Below are positions 38,029 through 46,756 of a stretch of 64,000 nucleotides of DNA, piece after piece; position 1 is the stretch's first letter, and the number at the start of each line of letters is the position of its first letter. The stretch is from a virus. Below the pieces are notes generated by a model. The model was not told the origin of the DNA. It saw only the letters and a program-made list of their open reading frames with translations, and did not search any database. Where the stretch lies: positions 1 through 64,000 of IMG/VR virus record IMGVR_UViG_3300035703_004050, one strand, 5' to 3'. The position numbers were made by a program, and so were the translations under genes.

Positions 38029-41000
38029 ATGGCAGATAAAATACCAATTCCAAAACCAAAACCTGCTGCGATAGCGGCCGCTAGACAACAAGCGTTATCG
38101 GGTGCAATTGGTAATGTAACAGGTGGTGCAAATACACTTACTAATCCACCAGGTGGAACTCCAAACTCAGGATGTTCTCCAGCGACCCCAACAGGTGAAG
38201 CGCCTCCAGCAGGTGAAAATGCAGTCCAAGGCCCAACAACAAACGCGCCCGGGGGATTAAGTGGTCCATTAGGTGGTGTAAGCCCTTCAGTTCAAAATAT
38301 GGTTAGAAATTCTATACCTGCTGGGTGTAGAGCTCAAGTAACGCCTAATGGTGGAGCAAGACCAAGAGGTGTCGGGGGTTCTGCTCATCCAAGAGGGTTA
38401 GCAGTGGATACTAATTTGTTTTGCGGAGGTAAGCAACAATTCCGCGGTAGCCCGCAAATGAATCAATATATTTCCAATTTGCATAAAAATGGTGCAAGGG
38501 GGTTATCATATTATAATTCAGGATTTGTCCATGCAGATTTAATGGGGAACAGAACAAGGCGCTGGGGATCAAATCAAGGATATGTAAATGCTTTAGCAGC
38601 AGGACAAGATCCAGGCCCTGGAGCAGCACAAGCTGCCCAAGAAGGTGGATATGGTGGTGGTGGCGATCCTTGCGGCGGCGGAGGCAGCGGCGGATGTCAA
38701 CCTGTTCAAAGTTCTGCTCCACAGATTGCTTCAGGACTATCTCAAAATCTAGGAATGGATGTTCCTAGTATGGTTCAAGGACTAGCTGGTTCCTTACTTG
38801 GTGGTAGTCCTTTAGCAGCAGCAATGTCACAAGTTACAGGTGCAATACAGAGTGCTTTAGGTGCTGCTGGTGGTTTATCTGGTTTGCTTGGTGCATTACC
38901 ACTTAGTCCAGCAGCTTTATCAGATCCAGCTGGGGCGATCTCAAAAGCTATAACTGATAAAGTAGCTGGAATGGGCGCAAATATTTTACCTAGTATTGTA
39001 GGCAATGTACCAGCAGGATTACAACAATTCTCTGGTATAGCACAAGGACAAATATCAGACAAAATTACCTCAACAGCTAATCAAATTTTTTCAAAAAGTA
39101 GCCCACCACAATTAGATAAATTTATTAGCATTTTTAATGCTGCTAATGGGGCTCAAGGATTTTCTAGTGCTTTACAAGAAACTGTTGGTAACACTTTAAA
39201 TAATGTGTTTGGTAATGCTGGTGAACTTTTTCAAAATCCTCAAAAAAATAATTGGGCTTTAAGATCTTCTATACCAACAGAGGAAAATGAATTTATACAA
39301 TTAAATGGTCCCTTTATTGGAGAAGTAAGTGATGCAGTTGCTCAAACTGTAGTTAGGAGTCAATTTATTGGTGATCCAAAAACAGTTTTATCTAATTTAA
39401 TTGGAAGATCTACTTTAAATGCATTCTCTTCTATGTTTTACGATTGGGACGCATATGTAACTCGAGGTTACGGTACTATAACAAATAATGTAATTCAACT
39501 TGGTACTGATTTTAAAAGTTTAGGAAAACTCGCTGATTTAAATGATATATTGCGTATTGGTACTCCTGGTCAAATTTCTCAACAAATTATTTTAAATGGT
39601 GGAGGAGCAGCTACAGGTTTATTGAATTTTATGGTTGAATCGGGGTTATCGTTTTTTGATTTATCAAGTGTTGAAAATGATCCAAAAGCTGCAGAGTTTT
39701 TAAAAAGCGTTGCAGATCCAGAATTAATAGATTATGTTAAGCAAATTTTAGAAATGGATTCTAATCTTAATTTGTCAACTCTTGAAGATTTATTAGATAC
39801 TAAAAAAATCTTACCACTTAGCTATGAATATAACTATTTTGAAAATTTAAATGATATTGCTGTTTTTTTAAGTATGTGTAACGGAGCAGGGCAAGTCACA
39901 ACACTTCGCGCACTTGGTGAATTATTAGAATCATTTGAAGTATTATTTGATTCTTCTTCATTAACTGGTGATCCCGCAGTTTATAATTATGAACAATTAA
40001 CAGAGTTTTCTAGTCAATATGCACCAGTAAGTTATTTTTCAACAGATGGCACTTTAACTATTGCTGATTTTATTGGAACTGCTGCTGGGTATATACATGA
40101 AACAACTGTTCCTAGAATAGCTGAAATTCAAAATGAACTTTATCAAGATACTGAATACTTTGATGATTACTTAGAATTATTAGAATTATTGCGTGATGCT
40201 GCAAATGGTAATTATAAAGTCTTAGGAACACCACCGGCTCCTAATACAGTAGTGATACCATCAACTGCTGGTTATGGATTTGGGACATATCTAACTTTAG
40301 ATGACGCAATGTCTGATATTGTTGATGCTATAGAAGAGGAATTAGCATTCATTTTAGAAACAATACAAGAAGACGAAAATGATGAAGTTTTAGAATTAAT
40401 TAGAGAATTAGATTCTCTGCATACAGAAAGTGCTATGCAATTAGCAAAGGAACATAAACTTAGAAAAGAATATGGTTTTCCTTTGGGACCAAGCAAAAAT
40501 ACGGATGAATTCATTGGTGATGGAGTAACTAGAGTTTTACCATTAACACAAGATATTGATACAGAAGATGAAATTAATATCTTTATAAGTGGTGTTTGGC
40601 AATCTCCTTCAAAATATACTGTAAATGCTACAGCTAATACAGTAACTTTGGTAACAGCACCGGCACAAGGTAGATTAGTTTCTGTAAATTATAAAACTGG
40701 AGCATTTAACGGAACTGCTAATAAAATGCAAGTTTGGGAATTCGCATCCAGTTTAGAAAACTATGCATTAGAAACTGGATATGGAAAATCTGCAGATTTC
40801 TTAAGACGTGTAGTAACAAATGACGAATATGGACAAAGAATTAATGCCACATTAATGAACGCAAGAAACAAAGCTCGATCTGAAGCGGTAGGTTTAAATT
40901 GTCCAAATTTTGAAACAGTTAATGGTGCTAGCCCAACATACATAAATTATGTTAATTGGACTGGAGTATGGACTAGTAATGCAACTAGAGCAGCAGAAAT

Positions 41001-41535
41001 ATGGTTACAAGATAAACAAGACGTTAATGAAAGTTCTGAATATTTAATTAGAAGAATGAGTCAAAATAAAATTAATATCGAAGCAGAAATTGATTTACTA
41101 ACATCAAACTTTGTAAGACAATTAATATTTTATAATAATGGAAACTTAGCCATAACTGATTTAATGTCTGATTTATATAACGTTAATCAAAATAATAAAA
41201 TATATCGCGATAACAGAAATGATTTGTTTATCAATTATTCAAATGAAATTACATCAGATGGATATATTTTAGGCCCATATAAAGAAATTTTAACAATAAT
41301 TACAGATAAGGAAAATATTAGGAACGATGTTTTCACAACATCTGTTTCATTTAATACAGAATCTTATTTAAAATCTATTAATATAGATTTAAAATTATTA
41401 GTAACAATTATACAAAGAGTGCTAACTGTGAGTACTTCAAAATATTTGGGTATTTCTGAAAATGATTTCAAAGAGATTTTTGGTATACAAAGTGTAAGCA
41501 AAGCTATTCTAAGAAACATAGTCAATAATTACTAA
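38029..41535 (+). CDS. Large baseplate/tail protein with a peptidase M15-like domain
   Basis: SAHPRGLAVD (SxHxxGxAxD) and GFVHAD; follows the PAAR gene; FIGDG.T..FISGVWQ repeat. Confidence 0.6.
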   Translation: MADKIPIPKPKPAAIAAARQQALSGAIGNVTGGANTLTNPPGGTPNSGCSPATPTGEAPPAGENAVQGPTTNAPGGLSGPLGGVSPSVQNMVRNSIPAGCRAQVTPNGGARPRGVGGSAHPRGLAVDTNLFCGGKQQFRGSPQMNQYISNLHKNGARGLSYYNSGFVHADLMGNRTRRWGSNQGYVNALAAGQDPGPGAAQAAQEGGYGGGGDPCGGGGSGGCQPVQSSAPQIASGLSQNLGMDVPSMVQGLAGSLLGGSPLAAAMSQVTGAIQSALGAAGGLSGLLGALPLSPAALSDPAGAISKAITDKVAGMGANILPSIVGNVPAGLQQFSGIAQGQISDKITSTANQIFSKSSPPQLDKFISIFNAANGAQGFSSALQETVGNTLNNVFGNAGELFQNPQKNNWALRSSIPTEENEFIQLNGPFIGEVSDAVAQTVVRSQFIGDPKTVLSNLIGRSTLNAFSSMFYDWDAYVTRGYGTITNNVIQLGTDFKSLGKLADLNDILRIGTPGQISQQIILNGGGAATGLLNFMVESGLSFFDLSSVENDPKAAEFLKSVADPELIDYVKQILEMDSNLNLSTLEDLLDTKKILPLSYEYNYFENLNDIAVFLSMCNGAGQVTTLRALGELLESFEVLFDSSSLTGDPAVYNYEQLTEFSSQYAPVSYFSTDGTLTIADFIGTAAGYIHETTVPRIAEIQNELYQDTEYFDDYLELLELLRDAANGNYKVLGTPPAPNTVVIPSTAGYGFGTYLTLDDAMSDIVDAIEEELAFILETIQEDENDEVLELIRELDSLHTESAMQLAKEHKLRKEYGFPLGPSKNTDEFIGDGVTRVLPLTQDIDTEDEINIFISGVWQSPSKYTVNATANTVTLVTAPAQGRLVSVNYKTGAFNGTANKMQVWEFASSLENYALETGYGKSADFLRRVVTNDEYGQRINATLMNARNKARSEAVGLNCPNFETVNGASPTYINYVNWTGVWTSNATRAAEIWLQDKQDVNESSEYLIRRMSQNKINIEAEIDLLTSNFVRQLIFYNNGNLAITDLMSDLYNVNQNNKIYRDNRNDLFINYSNEITSDGYILGPYKEILTIITDKENIRNDVFTTSVSFNTESYLKSINIDLKLLVTIIQRVLTVSTSKYLGISENDFKEIFGIQSVSKAILRNIVNNY

Positions 41536-41576
41536 AAACGAATTGACAATAAATTGAAATAAAGTATAATACGTTT

Positions 41577-41876
41577 ATGGAACAAAACTTTTATTATGAT
41601 TTCTCAGATTGGAACCAAAAGCGTAGTATGCTTTGGAAGTCAATTCAATTACGCGGTGATGGGATAGTTATGATGGAATCATGGAGAGACCACAATACTC
41701 TCTACAAATTGATGACTAATGCTGATCAATATGCAATGCACATCCAACGTGAAGAAACCAATTGTCGTAGACTTAGGAAGCAAACAACACGGCATCGTAA
41801 GTTAATCAAAACTTTTGAAGAGACTTTCCAAACATTAGAAACTATGGCTATTATGTATAGGTTGACCTACGCATAA
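41577..41876 (+). CDS. Hypothetical protein
   Basis: TTGACA-N17-TATAAT upstream. Confidence 0.65.
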   Translation: MEQNFYYDFSDWNQKRSMLWKSIQLRGDGIVMMESWRDHNTLYKLMTNADQYAMHIQREETNCRRLRKQTTRHRKLIKTFEETFQTLETMAIMYRLTYA

Positions 41877-41886
41877 ATATGTCGAT

Positions 41887-42069
41887 ATGGAAACACATAA
41901 GAGAAGTATAGTTAAATCAATCACATGGCGTGTAATTGCAACTTTAATCGCAGCATATTGGGTAGGGTTTGAAATAGCAATTCTAATGAACATTGTTCAA
42001 ACAATTGCTTATTACATACATGAAAGACTTTGGGTACACATTAATTGGGGACGCCAAACTAATAATTGA
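41887..42069 (+). CDS. DUF2061-like small membrane protein
   Basis: ETHKRSIVKSITWR...YYIHERLW..I.WG. Confidence 0.75.
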   Translation: METHKRSIVKSITWRVIATLIAAYWVGFEIAILMNIVQTIAYYIHERLWVHINWGRQTNN

Positions 42070-42094
42070 CCTAAAGATGCTTATCGCGTATAAG
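42066..42094 (+). promoter_or_regulatory. Sigma70-type promoter of the tmRNA precursor
   Basis: TTGACC-N17-TATAAG. Confidence 0.65.
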
Positions 42095-42100
42095 TATATT

Positions 42101-42164
42101 TGTAAGCGTTGATAGTGCTTTAAAAACATTTGGGACCGGGGGGCAGTACCCCGCGCCTCCACCA
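42101..42164 (+). ncRNA. ssrA: Permuted tmRNA, acceptor piece (T-arm plus 3' acceptor strand and ACCA)
   Basis: CGGGG-GGCAGTA-CCCCG T-arm, then CGCCTCC-A-CCA; 5' end estimated from the promoter. Confidence 0.9.
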
Positions 42165-42176
42165 TAAGGAAATGGT

Positions 42177-42533
42177 ATGCGTATAAGTGAAATGACATTA
42201 GATGTACCAAACATTTTGTATCATGCCACTTATCGTCCATTGCTTAGTTCAATTAAAAAGAACGGACTAGGTGGGACAGGTAGTGAAGTTAAACGATGGG
42301 ATGATAGTATCCATGGAATCGTTTATCTTGCATTAGATCCAGATGTCGCTGAAAGTTATGCAGAAACAAGTGAAAATGTTCCTGATGAATGGCTAGATGA
42401 AATCGTAGTGTTAAAAATTGATACTACACAATTAGATAAATCTAAGTTTCGTTTAGATAAAAACGTTCAAGATAACACAGGTGACACATTGGAATATAAT
42501 GGAGTAATACCTATCTCAGCAATTTCCTTATGA
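42177..42533 (+). CDS. Tpt1/KptA-like NAD+-binding (ADP-ribosyltransferase fold) protein inside the tmRNA intervening segment
   Basis: P..LYHAT...SIKKNGL...VYLA.D...A..YA...VVLKID...E....IP...I; SD AAGGA. Confidence 0.65.
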   Translation: MRISEMTLDVPNILYHATYRPLLSSIKKNGLGGTGSEVKRWDDSIHGIVYLALDPDVAESYAETSENVPDEWLDEIVVLKIDTTQLDKSKFRLDKNVQDNTGDTLEYNGVIPISAISL

Positions 42534-42534
42534 T

Positions 42535-42740
42535 GGGGGCGAACTAGGCTCGACCTGTGTATAATAAGGGCAAGGGAGTTTACAGTGAGGCGACTGACTT
42601 TTACAGCGCAATATAATAAATGCAAACGATAACTTCGTTCGTAACGAGCAAATTGCTCAGTCTATCGTAGTTCGCGACCGCGACCTCGTAGCAGCATAAG
42701 CTCAACGGGCCGTTGGGAGCCTTGGAACAGAATCCCAACA
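42535..42740 (+). ncRNA. ssrA: Permuted tmRNA, coding piece; tag ANDNFVRNEQIAQSIVVRDRDLVAA (42622-42699)
   Basis: GGGGGCG pairs with CGCCTCC giving G3-U70; GAACTAGGCTCGAC; ANDNF...AA tag; GGAACAGAA-containing hairpin; 3' end approximate. Confidence 0.92.
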
Positions 42741-42770
42741 TTTGACACAGACACACAGAAAGGAAAAACT

Positions 42771-42995
42771 ATGTCATTAAATCCATATGAGATTCGTCTC
42801 GAACTTCTAAAACTAGCACAAACAACTCTAAATGAAAAGGCCTACAATTCTCGTCAAGCATTGATGGATCAATATCAGTACGAACGTGAAAATAGTCCAA
42901 ATACTGCTTTTCCAAAGCTTCCAACAATGCCTACTTCTGAGGAAATCATTGCTGAAGCCAAAAAACTTAATGACTTTGTAAGCAATAGTCAGTAA
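42771..42995 (+). CDS. Small phage protein
   Basis: PYEIRLELLKLA...PTSEEII..AKKLNDFVS; SD AAGGA. Confidence 0.8.
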   Translation: MSLNPYEIRLELLKLAQTTLNEKAYNSRQALMDQYQYERENSPNTAFPKLPTMPTSEEIIAEAKKLNDFVSNSQ

Positions 42996-43110
42996 TGTAA
43001 AGTGGTAGGCACATACCGTAAAGTTGTGTCGTGAACGATGGATCGGTCACACGAAAGAGGACGCTGGATTGCGTAACCAGCACATAACATTTATAAATGG
43101 AGTATGAATA

Positions 43111-43596
43111 TTGAAGAACTATATTAAGTCTGCAATTGCAGCACTAGCACTTGTTGGCATGACCACTACGAGCATGGCAACGGATTCAAATTCAGACAGC
43201 GCAGGGTTTAAGGTTGGTACACTTACATGCCACTTTGACACTAGCGTTGGTTGGGTAATTGGTTCCGTTAAGGAAGCTGATTGTCTTTACAAGGGACTAA
43301 ACGGCGAAGAGCAGCTTTATACTGCTGAACTTGGTCGCCTTGGTGTGGACATTGGTGTAACTGGCGCACAGACAGTTGTTTGGGCAGTTATTGCTCCAGG
43401 TAAGGCACAACCAGAAAGCCTTGAAGGTACTTATGTTGGTGCTAGCGCAGAAGCAACTGCTATTGTTGGGCTAACTGCTAATGCACTGCTTGGTGGTTTT
43501 AAGAAGAGCATTGCACTACAACCAGTAAGCATTGGTTCACAAACTGGACTAAACGTTGCACTTGGTGTTGGTTCACTACGACTAACAGCACAATAA
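43111..43596 (+). CDS. DUF992-like secreted protein
   Basis: Signal peptide; VGTLTC, GWVIGS, GVDIG, L.G.Y.GASAEAT and LQPVS..Q.GLNVA.G. Confidence 0.8.
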   Translation: MKNYIKSAIAALALVGMTTTSMATDSNSDSAGFKVGTLTCHFDTSVGWVIGSVKEADCLYKGLNGEEQLYTAELGRLGVDIGVTGAQTVVWAVIAPGKAQPESLEGTYVGASAEATAIVGLTANALLGGFKKSIALQPVSIGSQTGLNVALGVGSLRLTAQ

Positions 43597-43599
43597 AAT

Positions 43600-43633
43600 A
43601 AATAGGGCTCGTTCTTTAGAGCCCTATTTTTTT
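43600..43633 (+). terminator. Intrinsic terminator (possibly bidirectional)
   Basis: AAATAGGGCTC-N8-GAGCCCTATTT plus a T-run. Confidence 0.85.
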
Positions 43634-43683
43634 CTTTGACTTATCAAAAATATCACTTATATTGTCTAGTATAGGAGAAAGCT

Positions 43684-43911
43684 ATGCTAGACAAAAATCA
43701 AATGGAACGTTGGCAAAAAGTTAATGCATTTCTTGAACAAGCACTTGATCAAGTTCAAAATGACAAAACTAAAAGCCGCAAAATCAAAAACATTCGTTCA
43801 AAGCTAGCATGGGCTTTGGACCAATACGAAAGTGGTCTTTCAGGTAAAACTGAATTACTACAAAAGCTAACACCTGAAGTAGCAGAAAAGTTTCAAGAAA
43901 TTTTAGGATGA
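43684..43911 (+). CDS. Hypothetical protein
   Basis: SD AGGAG; coupled to tilS. Confidence 0.7.
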   Translation: MLDKNQMERWQKVNAFLEQALDQVQNDKTKSRKIKNIRSKLAWALDQYESGLSGKTELLQKLTPEVAEKFQEILG

Positions 43912-44513
43912 TTAAACTCCTTACATCATTGCCAAAAACACTATACGTCGCTTGTAGCGGCGGTGTAGATTCTATGGCTGCGTTGGACTTTTTGTCACGC
44001 AAACATGATGTAACCGCTGCATACTTTGATCATTATACAGCACATGGCATGGAAGCAAAACACTGGTTGTGGCGTTATTGCCAAAACAAAAACATTCCTT
44101 TTGTTCACAGTGAATTATCTAGATCAAAATTGTCAGGTGAAAGTATTGAAGAGTTTTGGCGTAATCAACGTTATGATTGGTTTGATACACTTCCAGGCAC
44201 TGTCGTTACTGCACATCACTTGGATGATGCTGTTGAAACTTGGGTATGGGCTAGTATGCACGGTCAACCAAAGTTGCCAGAAATTTATCGTAACAATGTA
44301 ATCCGTCCATTCTTAGCAACACCAAAACAAGAATTAATGGATTGGTGCATTAAGAATAACGTACCATGGTTTGATGATACATCAAACACGGATACTAAAT
44401 ATATGCGTAACTATGTTCGACATGTTGCGATGCCTGTTGTCCAAAAGATTAATCCAGGTATCCAAAAGACTATCAAAAAGAAATTGCTTTCTAAATTAGA
44501 TAGTGTATATTAA
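43908..44513 (+). CDS. tilS: tRNA(Ile)-lysidine synthetase, catalytic domain only
   Basis: PP-loop SGGVDS, RNQRY, TAHHLDD.VET, IRPFL and D.SN....Y.RNYVRH. Confidence 0.9.
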   Translation: MIKLLTSLPKTLYVACSGGVDSMAALDFLSRKHDVTAAYFDHYTAHGMEAKHWLWRYCQNKNIPFVHSELSRSKLSGESIEEFWRNQRYDWFDTLPGTVVTAHHLDDAVETWVWASMHGQPKLPEIYRNNVIRPFLATPKQELMDWCIKNNVPWFDDTSNTDTKYMRNYVRHVAMPVVQKINPGIQKTIKKKLLSKLDSVY

Positions 44514-44522
44514 GTGGACAAT

Positions 44523-44599
44523 GCGCTGGTAGCTCAATTGGTCAGAGCAGCGGACTCATAATCCGTTGGTTGGGGGTTCGAGTCCCTCCCGGCGCACCA
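44523..44599 (+). tRNA. tRNA with CAT anticodon, most likely tRNA-Ile2
   Basis: Acceptor GCGCTGG/CCGGCGC, anticodon arm GCGGA-CTCATAA-TCCGT, TTCGAGT T-loop, encoded CCA; 9 nt after tilS. Confidence 0.9.
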
Positions 44600-44618
44600 T
44601 ACACTTTAAGGAGCAAAC

Positions 44619-45134
44619 ATGCTTAAGAAAATTGCAACAGGTTTAGTCGCACTGGCATTGATGAGTTCAACAGCCATAAGCGCAGAAGTTTATAGACGCA
44701 ACACAGGACAGTGGACTATTAGTGGTCATGTTGGAAACGGCGATGCCAGTTGTGTTGTAAGCACATATTGGGGAAATGGTGCTCAAATTAATGTAAACGT
44801 TTTCCCACGTTATGATGGTAGTCAATATACTACTATGACAATTACAAATCCAAATTGGCGGCCAGTTAATGCACATATGAATGAACCATTCCTTGCTGAC
44901 ATTATTTTTATTGGACGTGCAATTGGAACTGTACGCTTAACAGGTGAATTCCAAATTTATGGATCACGCAAAGTTATTTTGCGTAACTTATCTGGAGCAT
45001 TTAGCGACTACTTTATTGCTGCACGGGAAATGATTATTTTTCCAGGCACAGCAGATGAAATGGTTGTTGGGTTACGCGGTACGCGCAATGCCAGCTATGC
45101 ACTAACAGATTGTATTAACAGGGTATTACGATAA
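44619..45134 (+). CDS. Secreted protein
   Basis: Signal peptide; G.W.I.G...C and terminal L..C pattern shared with the next gene. Confidence 0.7.
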   Translation: MLKKIATGLVALALMSSTAISAEVYRRNTGQWTISGHVGNGDASCVVSTYWGNGAQINVNVFPRYDGSQYTTMTITNPNWRPVNAHMNEPFLADIIFIGRAIGTVRLTGEFQIYGSRKVILRNLSGAFSDYFIAAREMIIFPGTADEMVVGLRGTRNASYALTDCINRVLR

Positions 45135-45724
45135 TGAAAAAACTATTTGCTTCAACAATTCTAGCAGCTTCTCTATTTGTTACTCCGGTGCTAGCCGAAG
45201 GTGAGATTTTCTACGATGGTGGTGTAGAGGGTGCATGGAACATTTTTGGTAATGCAGGCAGCACTACGCAAAATCCTGCTTGTGTAGCAGAAGTAACATG
45301 GCAAGATGGGAGCAAGTTTCAATTAATTAAAGATCTTGCTGATGGTGAACTTTATATTTGGTTTAAAAATAATGAGTGGAACATTTCAGATCCACCAGGC
45401 AATTATCCATTTACAATGAATATTGTTGATTCACGTGGCAATGTAATTAATGGTGAATTGCAATATGAGCTTATTAACAAAAATACAATTGCTGTTAGAA
45501 AAATTGATGTAGATAGTTTTATCCCTCCATTTATGTCAATGGCAGAAATGCGCTTTGTCATGCCAGGTGATATTCAAAATGCTTATGTTACATTAAATGG
45601 TTCTTCAGGTGCAGTTGATAAACTTTTAGCATGTATTGATACTTTTGAAAAGAAACGTCCAGCACCGGCCCCTGCTCAACCACCGGCAGATCAACCAAAG
45701 AAATCACTTGGTCAAGAAATATAA
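45134..45724 (+). CDS. Secreted protein (distant paralog)
   Basis: Signal peptide; GAWNIFG...AC...L.GS..A...L.AC. Confidence 0.7.
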   Translation: MKKLFASTILAASLFVTPVLAEGEIFYDGGVEGAWNIFGNAGSTTQNPACVAEVTWQDGSKFQLIKDLADGELYIWFKNNEWNISDPPGNYPFTMNIVDSRGNVINGELQYELINKNTIAVRKIDVDSFIPPFMSMAEMRFVMPGDIQNAYVTLNGSSGAVDKLLACIDTFEKKRPAPAPAQPPADQPKKSLGQEI

Positions 45725-46731
45725 TGATTATTGGGTTATTTAGTGATTTTAATGCAGGCGGACACTTTTTAAATTGGAGCCTGCATTTCCTAGCAGGACA
45801 TAATGAATATTTTCTTTCTAAAAAAAATAAATTTCTACCTTTAACTAGTAACCCTCTAACTAAAATTAATGCACATGAATTTGCATCTAATGTGGCAATC
45901 GATGCTAATGAATTTGATAATTTGTTTACAAATTTAACAAATCGCTCTACTGATACATTCCATACTTTTCATTTGCAAAGATTTAAGAGTTTTGAATTTC
46001 CGCCTTCGCTAATTTGCAATAATACAAAAAATGCAAGCAACACTATCTGTAAAGTAAGTCAAAAAAATATATTCTTGCAAATGCCAAACAAGTACGTACT
46101 TTATAGTGCTAAGTACGAAGGTCGAGTTTTACCTACTAAATTAAATTCATTAACTGAATATTATAAAAATTATGATGAACAACATAATGATTTTATCGAT
46201 ACTTTTTTTAGTGAATCAAAAAAAGTATGGGAAGAATCAAATTTTAACAAATGGGATAAGCGAGAATTTCTAGCTCTAAATATTCGTCCATATGATTATT
46301 TTGATTTATTGCCAAATTTTGATCAAACTATAGATCATTATCATTTAAGTTTTACAGAAATATGCAACTTCTTTGATTCAACGGTATACAAGCTATTTGA
46401 CTATTTAGATATATCAATTAACAAAGATAGATATTTAGAATGGTTGCCAATATATAAACAATGGCAATCTATACATATAGATCGTTTATTGTTTGTTGAA
46501 TACTTCGACACAATTGTTAATAGTGTTATTAATAATTATTGTTTAGATTTGTCTAGATTTAACCTGGACATTATTAGAGAAGCAACTATCCAACATGAGT
46601 TAATATACAAGCATGGGTTAACAATTAAAGGATGGGGACTTGAAAAGTTTCCAAATAACGCAAAAGATTTACACAAGTTAATAGAACCAAATGTTTATCA
46701 TAAAGTTGAAAACATCTACGGGTTGTTATAA
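45724..46731 (+). CDS. Hypothetical protein (sulfotransferase-like)
   Basis: AGGHFLNWSL N-terminal motif; very AT-rich. Confidence 0.45.
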   Translation: MIIGLFSDFNAGGHFLNWSLHFLAGHNEYFLSKKNKFLPLTSNPLTKINAHEFASNVAIDANEFDNLFTNLTNRSTDTFHTFHLQRFKSFEFPPSLICNNTKNASNTICKVSQKNIFLQMPNKYVLYSAKYEGRVLPTKLNSLTEYYKNYDEQHNDFIDTFFSESKKVWEESNFNKWDKREFLALNIRPYDYFDLLPNFDQTIDHYHLSFTEICNFFDSTVYKLFDYLDISINKDRYLEWLPIYKQWQSIHIDRLLFVEYFDTIVNSVINNYCLDLSRFNLDIIREATIQHELIYKHGLTIKGWGLEKFPNNAKDLHKLIEPNVYHKVENIYGLL

Positions 46732-46756
46732 TAAGTAGTAATCAATGGAGGAAAAG

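Noticed and set aside
42165-42534. Group I intron or homing endonuclease in the tmRNA
   Set aside because: Gene order is permuted (3' piece first), the ORF fills the spacer leaving no room for a ribozyme core, and there is no LAGLIDADG, HNH or GIY-YIG motif.
43001-43082. Hammerhead ribozyme or c-di-GMP-I riboswitch
   Set aside because: CGAAA is present but CUGAnGA is absent, and the GGCAAA/GCAAAG elements of c-di-GMP-I are missing.
44523-44599. Initiator tRNA-fMet
   Set aside because: It has a G1-C72 pair and lacks three consecutive G-C pairs in the anticodon stem. Adjacency to tilS favours Ile2, though elongator Met cannot be fully excluded.
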